Assembly (NCBI RefSeq): GCF_964355755.1
Contig: NC_092670.1
Span: 26,956,795-27,020,794 of the forward strand
Direction of reading: 5' to 3'
Origin: Antedon mediterranea
Lineage: Eukaryota; Animalia; Echinodermata
DNA: 64,000 nt
Shown: one piece after another, positions 49,667 to 60,890 of the stretch
Layout: each line of letters starts with the position of its first letter
Position numbering within the stretch: the stretch's first letter is position 1
Notes under the pieces: model-generated
The model's input: only the letters and a program-made list of their open reading frames with translations
Told to the model about the DNA's origin: nothing
The model's database searches: none
Made by a program: the position numbers and the translations under genes

Positions 49667-50293
49667 TTATGCACGGCTTAATCCATCTGCATTTCCATTT
49701 AATGATCCTTTCTTGTAAATAACTTTAAATTTATATCCTTGTAAAAACAGAGCCCATCTCATAAGTCTAACATTTGCCCCCTTCATTGAGTCCATCCATC
49801 TCAATGCCTGGTGGTCAGTATGAACTTGAAATTCACAACCATACAGATAATACTTAAGTTTATTGATAGCCCAAACAATAGAGAGGCACTCTTTTTCTGG
49901 CACAGAATATCTCTGCTCATGTACAGATAACTTTCTACTTAAATACACAATGGGATAATCATTACCCTCACCATCTATTTGGCTCAGCACTGCACCTATG
50001 CCATAATTTGAGGCATCGGTTTGCAATAAAAACATCTTATCAAAATTTGGGGCTTTTAATACATTATCATCAGTAAGTCGTTTCTTTAAAGTTACAAAGG
50101 CATTTTCACATTGTTCATTCCACTTAACGGTATTACTTTTACTCTTTAAAGTTAAATCGATCAATGGCTTAGCAATATCGGCATAGTTCTGTACAAATTT
50201 TCTGTAATAGCCAGTTAATCCGAGAAATGATCGGACTTGTTTCTTAGACAAAGGTCTGGGGAACTTTTCCACAGCCTCAACCTTATCAATCAT
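49667..50293 (-). pseudogene. Gypsy RT thumb/connection and RNase H
   Basis: RSFLGLTGYYRKFV, LQTDASNYGIGAVL, EKECLSIVWA, VHTDHQAL, NADGLSR; separated from the RT core by an in-frame TAG. Confidence 0.93.
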
Positions 50294-50338
50294 GGGTCTA
50301 ATTTCTCCATTACCAATCTTATGCCCCAGAAATTCTAC

Positions 50339-51426
50339 CTATGCATAGGCAATTTTACATTTCAAAGGCTTTGCTGTCAATCCAGCACTACTTAATCTTT
50401 CTAATACATCATTCAAATGAAAAATATGATCTTTCCAAGTTTGACTATAAATACATATGTCATCTATATATGCCTTAGCATATCCCTCAGTACCTTGTAA
50501 TACCTTATCCATTAATCTTTGGAAAGTACTAGAGCTATTTTGCATACCAAATGGAAGTACATTGTAACAATACTGTCCAAATTGTGTAATAAATGCTGAT
50601 TTGTCTTTGGTCTTAGGATCCAGAGGCACCTGGTAAAATCCTTTAGTTAGATCTAACGTAGTTATGTATATTGCGGATGATACCTCATCCAACATTTCGT
50701 CTATGCGAGGCATAACATAAGGGTCAAATTGTGTAGTCTTATTTAGTGATCTAAAATCTGTCACCATTCTAATTTGATTCTGGCCAGGGCAATAATAGGT
50801 GCAGCATAGGCACTAACTGTAGGTTCTATTATACCCATAGCCAACATACTATCTAATTCTTCTTTCAATTTACCCTTTAATGCTTGGGGCGTTCTATATG
50901 CCCTATGCCTTATAGGCATTTCACCATTAGTCTTAATTTCATGTGTCACCAAGTGAATTCTACCTGGTACATCCGAGAATACATTCTGTTGGTACTTTAA
51001 CAATTCTGTTAATTGTTTAGTTTGTGTATCATTTAAATTACTACTAACGTTAACATCTCTCCATGTTTGTGATTGATGATAAGACAATCCTATGTCTATT
51101 TCACTATCTAACTCATTGTCATGGACTGTTTCATTTAAGTCTACTTCTTCTATCGACTGAACATTTGTTACTACATAATAACCATCTTTACTTATTTCTA
51201 CTTTATCATACCATCTCTTTAACATATTAACATGTAGAATTTGTTTTTCTTTTCTTCTACCTCCTATGTATATTTCATAATTTACATCATTGACCTTTTT
51301 TGTAACAGTGAAGGGGCCTTGCCATTTACTGTCTAACTTACTATTTCCTACTGGAAGGAATATCAACACTTTGTCCCCTTCTACAAATTTTCTATCAATA
51401 GCATTCTTGTTATAATTGTGGGACAT
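50339..51426 (-). pseudogene. Gypsy integrase C-terminus and reverse transcriptase (frameshifted)
   Basis: KWQGPF (GPY/F) and HVNMLK, then DFRSLN, LDLTKGFYQV, LPFGM, YIDDI. Confidence 0.93.
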
Positions 51427-51432
51427 AATTTC

Positions 51433-53520
51433 TTATTGTTCAAGTTTGTTTACATTAGCATCTTTCATTAATTCCTCCATTTTTTCTCTTATGTCTAACA
51501 TGTATTTGATAACATCAGTAGATGTTTCTTCATCTTCTACCCAATTACTTTTGAGTATACTCAAGGGTCCCCTCACCTCTCTACCATAAAGCAATTTAAA
51601 AGGTGAATGGCCCGTCGCTTTACTAGGAACTTCTCTGTATGCAAACAGAAAGGGGGGTATGTAGTTATCCCAATTTTTTCTTTGCTTAACTGTAAGTGTT
51701 CTTATCATATTTTTCAATGTACCGTGAAATCTTTCAACAAGCCCATTGCTTTGGGGTGGTACACTGTAGTCTTTAATTGATTAATCCCCAACATACTACA
51801 TATAGATTGCATAATTGAAGACATGAAATTAGTTCCTTGATCATGTACAATCTCTTCGGGTAATCCTACTCTAGTAAAGACTTCTATTAGAGCCCTGGCT
51901 ACTGTTTCAGCTCTAACATTGGGTAACGGGATAGCATCCGGATATCTTGTAGCATAGTCAATTATAGTAAGCATATATTTGTTATTACGGCTTGTTCTAG
52001 ATAAGGGTCCAACAATGTCTATCGCTATACGTTTAAATGGTGTACTTATAAGGCCAAATAAAAAAAAATACTTGTTAAGCGTCACACCCTCATAAATTTT
52101 CAGGGGCGGGGGGGCGGTTTTTTTTTTTTTTTTTTTTTACTTTTTATGGAGGTATAATTTTGTGCGATGGACGTTTTGGCCCACTTTTTTTTTAGGACGA
52201 AACGTCAATCTTTTAAAATGCGAAACAGAACAAAATTGACACTGTATGAAATATTATTTCCGATGACAAAATTGAGTTTTGTATTGTTTATATCCAGACG
52301 TAATTAAAACATTAAATTTAATTGCCACCGAGCGAAATTGTAGGCCCTAGGCTAATCCGTCCAAGCTGCCACCCCCGCCTCACTCATCGGCCATGGTCCG
52401 CCGCCGTCTCTTGCTCGACTCATCTATCCAGGAAATTCCCTATCGCGAGGAGAAGCATGATGTTGGTCTCAATAATACTAAATAGTGGGCTGATTTTGAA
52501 AACAGCTTACGGCATTTCTTAAGTGAATTTTTATTCAACGTATTCATTCTTATGAATCCTTTGCCAATTGCTGTGTAAATCAGTATTTAAAGTTGTGATG
52601 CGAAAAGTGTGTGTAATTATTCCACAGGTAAACCAGGCATAAGAAAACGCATCGCCGGGCCCATCGCCCAACAGGACCTCGTGGTGTGCCGATCTCGAGC
52701 GCGAGATCATCGTAAACAAAATTGGTAGAGCCCATTATGTATGGGGTGTTTCCTATTTACGAACCTATAAAAAACGCGCTTCGACCACTGTGTAGGCAAA
52801 ATATTTATTTCGTTAAATCCCTAAATTGATAATCGTGTATTCTGTAATCACGTGACTGAAGATGTAATCCTCAGCGACGTACTAAATGCACATGATTTAA
52901 TGTGTTGGGGAAAAAGCCTGCTGTTTACCACATTACATGATTCGCGGTGCTATTCGCGTTTCCTTGACGTAAATCGGCGGCGTGTAAATGAAACAATTGT
53001 TTTCACCAAATTGCCGTTGTCGACATAGAGCGATCGGTGGCTAGCTAGCGTGGCTAAGCTAAGAAGTACGTATTTTTCAAAAATTACACCAGCCTAGCAA
53101 ACATTTGCTAGTTTTGAAATTTTCAACTAGCAATTATGAAGAATCTACTAGCAAAATGCTAGTTTGCTAGCGTGAATTTTGAGCCCTGCTCTGGAGCTGG
53201 GCCGGGCCGGGCCGCTGAACTTTCCGTTGTATATGGGTAAAAAAAAATAAAAATAAAAAGAGAGGCGGCTGGATAATCAGGAGCGGGCGGTGACGCTTAA
53301 CAAGTATGTTTTTTTATTTGGCCTAATCGGTAATGGTATCAAAGTATGTTTCCTTTTACTTTTACCCTTATCTACCTTTTGGCATTCCTTACAGACTTTA
53401 CAATAGACTACCACATCTTTAAATATACCTGGCCAATAGAATTGGTTCAGGACCCTACTTTTAGTTTTCTCAACACCCATGTGACCTGCAAATGGCACAT
53501 TATGACCTAAGTGTAATACA
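51433..53520 (-). pseudogene. Gypsy integrase (HHCC zinc finger and DDE core), interrupted by a MITE
   Basis: HNVPFAGHMG...CKVCKECQ, PFKRIAIDIVGP, DQGTNF, YHP, LFAYREVP. Removing 52052-53323 and one TSD restores LPIISTPF. Confidence 0.92.
52052..53323. mobile_element. PIF/Harbinger-type non-autonomous element inserted in the Gypsy integrase
   Basis: TIRs GGCCAAATAAAAAAA(A/C)ATACTTGTTAAGCGTCAC with a TAA TSD (52049-52051 / 53324-53326). Confidence 0.9.
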
Positions 53521-54615
53521 CCCTGGACAATTCCCTATTTTATGTCCCTTCTCCTTACAATTGAAGCATAGGCCATTAATCCATTCATTTCAAGGTTCTC
53601 TCTGTTGGAAATTTCTTCCATAGTTATGGAATTTGCCTCCCCTTCCGCGATACCTATTGTATCCTTGCTGCCTAGCTCCAGGGTTATTCTGAGTCGTACT
53701 ATTCTTAGGTTTACTATTTTCTTGGCCCTTATAATACGTAGGCTTATTTTCAGAATTTACGGCATTCCAATAGCCATGGCCACCTCTATTAGCTATATAA
53801 TCATCGGCTATCATAGCCATATCATTGCTCTTATTTACTTGTTTATCTCTAAGATAAAGCCTCAGATCTTCAGGCATTTTATCAAGTGCCTGTTCCATTA
53901 TAATCATTTCAATAATGCCTGCAGCATCATCTTCTTTTACCTTTGCACATTTCATCCAACATTTTAAATAATGGGAGAGCTCATTCAGCCATTCCCTGAT
54001 GGACATATCTTTAACTCTGTCTGAATTTCTAAATTTAAATCTGTAGGTCTCTGCGGACACATCATACTTTTCTAAGATTGCCTTCTTTAAGGTATCATAA
54101 TCTACACATTCTTTTACGGTTAAGGATGCATATGCTGTCCTAGCTTTACCAGACAGTTCAGGTGCTAACCTAGCGGACCACGTATTCTTATCCCAACCTG
54201 TGGCTTCTGCCAAGTGTTCAAATGTTCTAAAATATATATCAATATCATCTGATTCCTTCAAAGTAGGAACCTTTACCTTCATTTCATCTACTATAGCATT
54301 ACTGTAGCTAGACCTATTTTCTAATTCCATCATTTTCACTCTTTCTTGTGATTCAATTTTTCTTTGCTCTATATCTGCTTCTAATCTTAATTGGTATTCT
54401 AACTTTTTGTTTTCGGCCTCGAACTTCATTCGAAAATATTCGAGCATCATATCTTTAGGCATACCGCCGGGTATTTCGGGCAAATCAATATCCCTAGCCA
54501 TTGTATCATATATTTCATTGACTTGGTCAACCTCTTCTTGGTCAACAATATCTTCCCTAGTATCTTTGTCTGACATAGTCTTATCTATATTTTTACCCGA
54601 TCTTAAAGTTGTCAT
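53521..54615 (-). pseudogene. Gmr1-like gag (capsid/SCAN-like region and CCHC knuckle after a premature stop)
   Basis: DIDIYFRTFE...W...LSGKARTAY...ETYRFKFR...MEQ; after the TGA at 53590 the same frame encodes CFNCKEKGHKIGNC. Confidence 0.88.
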
Positions 54616-55162
54616 GCTAATAACAATTTTTACTAATGAAATATGTAAACTTATGTATACAAAATATGTTATAAAAGTATTTGTATTACCTTGATTCCAT
54701 TCAGATATGTAAAAATATGAAATCCACATAAATTTTTAAATGCAATACAATATAAGACATTAATTTACTTCAAAGTCACAAACAACGTTCCATGTTCGCT
54801 CCGTACAAAAATTTACTTTCGAAATAAAAAATAGTTTACAAAGTCAGCTTTGCAAATCTTCTCAAAATTTACTGGGCTTCCTTCTGTTACTTCAGACTTC
54901 AGTTTTCTTCTTTCAGATCTCGGTGAATATATATCTCTCCGATGAATATCCAGCAGTCTTGAGCTCAACAGTACTTCTTCTTCGTTGTAATATCCAAACA
55001 ACGCACGGTATAAAAACTGTTAGGAATCCAGATCTTTGTAACCATTTAACTTTTTGGTTACTGATTTAACAGGCCCGTAGAGTAGGCACTGTCACTTCTT
55101 CTTCTTCTTCTTCTTGATACTAAATCATGTATCTTAAACAAAAATTTTCACCGCTGCCACCA

Positions 55163-55567
55163 TGTAGTGAATATATTTTAGTTGGTTCCGAGCTTTCTCA
55201 GGCGTATATATTTCCACGCGACGTACACAGCTGTCACTGAATGATAACTCATACAAAAAGTATATTTAACTCAACTAGAACTTTTATTCCTTGTAATTCG
55301 ATTAATACATCTTTCTACCACTACCAGTCAAGCCTTAATATTTTCTTTATCATCTTTCCGTTTATCTACTCTGATCTTATTCTCTCTTCTTCTTTAATAT
55401 CTATTACATTCCACTTTTATACTGGACATGCAAATTTTAGACTTCAGAGGAGGATAACATTTTCCCTCCAAAAATTATACGATTTTGATTGGCTAATATT
55501 ATAAGGCGGACCTGGTCTAAAGCATCCTTATCTAAACACAGAGAATCACAACATAAATAATATGACA
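55163..55567 (-). repeat. 5' LTR
   Basis: TG...CA, adjacent PBS, followed by the GCAT TSD. Confidence 0.95.
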
Positions 55568-57674
55568 GCATGAACAGGGCAGAGATTAAAACATTTTAAT
55601 GATAAAATATGAATTGGTAAAGTTATCAAATTAAGATGTGAAGTATTGGAATAATAACAATGATTACGGACTCAACACAAAAAGTCAAAATTAGATGATG
55701 CTCTCGGACACAAACATTTTGGGTGTATTTTTCCTTGATATTTGATATTTAGCTGAAACACGACACTTATTTGGATTAGGTTTTTTTTTGGATTGTGTGT
55801 TTTTTTTTTTTAATTTACATTTTTGTTTATTTCATGGTTTTTTATATTCCCCTCACCCAACAACCTCCCATAAAATTCCAAAACGTTATTGATTATTTAT
55901 TTTGTATCTTTTTTGATAGTTTTGTAATTACATTTTGGTTTTGTTTTGATTTTTTAGCTTATCTGATACTTAATTATTACACATGTCGCGGATTGAACTC
56001 GAACCTACTATTAAGCATTGATATCAATGGTCACAGCGATTTGCTCACTGAGCCAAACTGTGATTTACAAAATACATTCTGTTCCAAGGATAGGTGTAAT
56101 TAATTAAAACGGCGCAATCATTCAATACGGTTAACTAAAGACTGTTTATTTAGCGACCCGGCATGGTATTTGTAGATCCAGCCATGGCGGTACACAACAG
56201 AGGAAGTTGTGTAGTTTATATAGTGACGTAACATGGTCGCTGAGATGTCAAATTACTGCTATTTTTTGGCTTTTTGTAGTGTTTATCTTAAAAATTTAGG
56301 AAAGTAACATAGCCTATCACATCAGTGTGCCAAATGTGAGCACGTACCTTTTAGTGGTTTTGGAGGAGATACGTAAAATTGCGCGAAAAATTTAGTAGCA
56401 TTAATAGATTTTATTGATTCTTCTTAATCTAATTCTCAAGTGTGGTATTCAGGATAAAGTTGGTTAACACATTTAGAGTTAAAATACAAAACAGTTGCGA
56501 AAGAGAACTATTGGTAATTATCTTAGGTTTTGGATCTTAGGTTTTGTGGTCTTAGGGGGTCTTAGCTTTCGTGATCTTAGGTTTCGTGACACCCATTGAT
56601 TTCGCCATGCAAACAATAAAACAATAAAAGAAAAACATACATATACAGTATATGCTTATATATTGCATTCATATGTCTAATTGCATTTTAAATTTAACCA
56701 ATCAAACTTCATTTTTATCTTATTGTTTAAATGACAATAAATACTATCGTATATTGTATTAGTGTGAGTAGAAATTATTTCAACTAACTACTGTATACAA
56801 TACTGTATGCCTACTTGGAAAATGTAGTAGTTTGGTGTGAAGATTCATTCATGCCAAACTTGTTCTATTGTGGTTTCACAGATTATAGCAGTAGTACTCA
56901 TCTGTAGTGTTGAAGATCTTGGGCTCAATGACTGTCTTGTTTCTAGAATAGACTGCTGCTATAAACCATTGCACTTCCTATGGCTCATAAAAGGATGCTT
57001 CAATTTATTTTATAAAGGCAGCACATTTTTAAATGATCAAACAGGTGTATGTTTGAAAAAGAAGATATATAATTAATACTTATTGGATTGGAGTAATTAA
57101 AAAATTATTTAAAATTAATTTTTTATGAATATGCAAAAATATTTTGTTACTAGGAAGTTGAAGATTTATGGCAACAAGATTAAAAGCTCCCGGAAACTGT
57201 CTGTAAATTGACCAAATATACTATTGGGCAGACCGCCTGTTTTAGTCACAAAATCACTTGAATTCCATGATTCATAGGTTATGTAGGTAAACTTCGTAAT
57301 TATTTTCAGATCTTTAAAAACTGTTGTGTAAGAATTATTTTTTGCTGTATGCCCCAGGTTTGTAGCAAGGATTTTTACTAGGATTTTTACATTTTACCAC
57401 AATACATATTTATAGTCTCATTCTTCATATAGTGTACACTCGTACAAGTTTCCATTTTTAATAGCAATCTTTTGCCAAAAATTTAACCTTTTTACCAGAG
57501 ATCCATAAGATTTTATTGATAAATATTTGTGGAGTAAATTATTTTTAAAAAATGTACATGAAATTACTGTAAGTGTAAGTGGAAAAAAACCATTAAAAAA
57601 TAAATCCGAATAATTTCAATAATTATGAATTGATAAATTGTTGTAATATGAATTTTAATATTTTTTATATTATA

Positions 57675-60156
57675 TGGGATCATTTTCTAGAGGAAAACGA
57701 AAAAAAAAATGGACAAACACTCATAGATTTCTGTGAAAAACACAATTTATTCATAACTAACAGCGCGTTTCAGCATTCAGCACGTCATATAACTACATGG
57801 TCCCAACAGAGAAGAAATTCCAAAGGAGAACTGATCAAACTGTACACTCAAATAGACTATATTATATGTAAAAGTAGATACAAGACTCTCCTAAAGAACG
57901 CTAGGTCATACAACGGAACACTTTTAGATAGTGATCACAGAATAGTAATCACAACATTCAACTTAAAATGGCATCGCGTCAACAAACAAAACACTAACAA
58001 AAACACTAACTTATTTGCATGTGAAAAGCTAGTGACAAGCGAAGAAACTAGGAATTTATACGTAGAAAAACTGAAAGAATGCATAGATGTTGTTGTGAAA
58101 CCGGATCAGCCAACCGTTACATGGCAGGAATTGAAAAGCGTCGTGAAGGCAGCTGCAAAACATACAATAGGACCAAAACAAAAGGTCGGCTACAACAAAA
58201 GGACATACGATGACACAACCCAACGCCTATCAACGCAGCAAAAAGAACTTGGACTACAAATAGCTAACTGCAAGTCGGAAATCGAACGTACATCATTAAA
58301 GCAAAAAAGAAACAAAATCATGCATGACATTCAAAAAAGAGTAATTGAAACACGCAACAAAGAACTTGATCAGAAAAGTTTGGATATCGACAAAGCGATA
58401 GGGGGCGCCCAAATGTTTAAAGCAGTGAAAGATCTTAATAGAAAACCATTTGAAAATCCAAAAGGGTTTGATGCTAACAAAAAGTTTATTGCCTCACCAA
58501 ATGGAATAGCAAAAGTAATTGGCAATCACTTCGAAAATAAATTTTACAACGGAAGCAAACGAAATATAGATTCATTTGAGGGAAATCCTAGGCCATTAAA
58601 TAAAGAAATCAGTGAAGAGGAAGTAACCAAGAGTCTTAAACGCCTAAACAACAGTCGAGCAACATGTGAGGATGGTATCCCAGGAGAACTACTAAAATAC
58701 GGTTCCCCTGTTCTAGCTCCAATGATTTCAGACATTTTAAATCAAATATTTACAAAACATGAATTCGTGGATATTAATAAAGGAACACTCATAGCACTAC
58801 CAAAACCGGGTAAGGAAAAGGGTCCAACTAAGAATTTACGACCTGTTATTCTACTTAACACCATACGCAAGTGCCTATCGCTTATAACACTGGATAGAAT
58901 TACATCGAAAGTAGACGCATTCTTACCACAAAGCCAAAGTGGGTTTCGCAAAGGCAGAAGCACAAGTGATATTGTTTTTACACATAGATGGCTTATAGCT
59001 AAAGCACAAAAAGAAAAAATAAATATTTACATAACCGGTATAGATATGTCCAGCGCGTTTGACACCGTGGATAGAAACAAACTCCTCGACATACTCAAAC
59101 ATATTATAGACGAAGATGAACTTAGGATCGTTAGATTTCTGCTGAGTGAAACCGGACTAAATCTAAAAATAAAAGGTTCAAAAGAACAGCCAATATTCCT
59201 AACCAACATCGGCACCCCTCAAGGAGATAGCTTAAGCTCGGTCTTATTCACTGTTTACCTTGAGTCTGCGCTACGAGGAATCAGAACAATTATCCAAACA
59301 GAAATACCTCAAGAGATATCATATGCTGATGATGTAGATTTTTTGAGTCTAAATAGCAAGCATAATGTAAACGAATTAGAACGCCATTTATCAACTTTCA
59401 ACTTAAATGTAAATAAAGAAAAAACAGAACACACTATCGTAAGACGAGAAAAAGAGGACATACAAGAACAATGGAGAAACACGAAAAAAGTAGGATCGCT
59501 CCTTGGGGACAGACAAGACATAATTAGAAGAAAACAACTAGCGCGTGTAGCAATGACCAAACTAAACTCGATGTGGCTTCGAAAAGATAAAATCAAATTA
59601 AAAATACGTATCAAGCTGTACAACTCACTAGTTAAAAGTATATTACTCTACAACTCTGAAACATGGGGACTCACAAAAGAAGCTTGAAGCACATAAACTC
59701 GACACATTTCACAGACAGCAACTTCGCAAAATCATAGGTATCAGGTTCCCAGACAGGATATCGAACATAAATTTGTACAGAAGGACAGGAACAAAACCGA
59801 TTTCATTAGAAATAGTCGACGCAAGATGGAGACTATTGGGTCACATACTTAGACAAGACCCATGTACACCAGCCAACACAGCAATAAGCTATTATTTCAG
59901 CAACACTACCAATATAAAATTTCGAGGAAGACCGAGAACCACCCTACCAATAACTCTCAGCAACGACCTACTCACCCTTTATAAGCATAATACAGACATT
60001 AAGTATCCCGGACAATTGAAAACCAAGAAAGACATGAAAAAACTTAAAGAACTAGCCAATGAAAGATCAGACTGGAAGAAACTAGTAAAAGAGATTTACG
60101 GAGCAGCCCAAGCGGAAATGTCGGCAGACTTTTCAGCGGAAAGGCAGTAATAATAA
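57675..60156 (+). mobile_element. 5'-truncated RTE/RTEX-like LINE
   Basis: EN C-terminus (QIDYI, DSDH), RT (QSGFRKGRST, DMSSAFDTV, GTPQGDSLS, YADD), frameshift near 59687, RGRPRTT C-terminus, (TAA)n tail, possible TSD TATATTATA (57666-57674 / 60157-60165). Confidence 0.9.
57690..59687 (+). pseudogene. LINE ORF2 endonuclease/reverse transcriptase (5'-truncated, continues in 59773-60150)
   Basis: Long open frame with YADD; the N-terminal residues of the 685-aa ORF come from flanking DNA. Confidence 0.88.
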
Positions 60157-60263
60157 TATATTATAAAAGAAATTGTGATCTTATAAATTAGTGTATAATA
60201 TTTAAAGATGATATGAAAGGGTTCCAAAAAGTTTTATTTTATTCTTTAACATGTAGTATATAC

Positions 60264-60890
60264 TGTAATATAATGATATACTTTTATAATTAAGAAATCA
60301 ACCTTTGTATTAGAATTCAAATAAGTTCACGAACTTGGCCCAGAAAGTCCAGAGGAGAGTTTGTCCAGATGTTTTTAATGTCCATTTAGTTTATAATAGA
60401 ATCCCTAAAGAAAACACTTTTTTGTGACCTTTCCCATTGTTAAACCAGGAGAAATTGACACTATTTAAGTACAGATTTGACAGTGTCATCCATCATAGAA
60501 ATACCTTATTATACCGTTAATCACTTCTACTTAAACACCCCTGGATCAACTTAGGACCAATCAGTAACCTCTGAGATGACATAGTGACATATGCAAATGA
60601 ACCGAAGCCAATATACCCCCAAGTTTCAGAAGAGCCCAGACACACCTTACAGCCACCTCACGGAGCACACACCTCACAGCCACTTCTACAGAAGCAGACC
60701 TACACACTTCACATCTCACCGACAGCATCACCTAATCATCTGTTCCTTATACTTATAGTTATAGTTGTATATTGTACTGAATCATTGTTGTATCATCAAC
60801 TATTATTGAATAAACAATATATGTGTTACGACAGTCAAGCGAGTAAGAGTCTTCATTACAAGTCAGTACCTCAACACGCACTATATTACA
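60264..60890 (+). mobile_element. Solo LTR (Gypsy-type)
   Basis: Termini TGTAATATAATG...CACTATATTACA (11/12 inverted), 4-bp TSD ATAC, AATAAA ~80 bp before the right end. Confidence 0.8.

Larger units (their letters stand above)
49161..55567 (-). mobile_element. Ty3/Gypsy LTR retrotransposon, Gmr1-like (gag-INT-RT-RH), defective
   Basis: 405-bp TG...CA LTRs at 49161-49565 and 55163-55567; GCAT TSD; PBS TGGTGGCAGCGGTG (tRNA-Leu-like) next to the 5' LTR; PPT AAAAAGGGGAA next to the 3' LTR. Confidence 0.95.
47217..56594. mobile_element. Old MULE-like TIR element hosting the Gypsy insertion
   Basis: Left GGAGTGTCGCAAAACCTAAGATCACGAAAGC versus right (rc) GGGTGTCACGAAACCTAAGATCACGAAAGC; second inverted block ~47545-47615 / ~56430-56500; TSD only degenerate. 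Confidence 0.65.

Noticed and set aside
56837-57215. HOP2 exon 3 candidates (76-79-aa ORF and KLKIYGNK after tag at ~57153)
   Set aside because: Only superficial KIYG similarity, wrong phase and an in-frame stop; not supportable.
58544-59623. Minus-strand ORFs over the LINE (also 43270-43700 over the Ig gene and 53605-54694 over gag)
   Set aside because: Antisense shadows of real coding frames.
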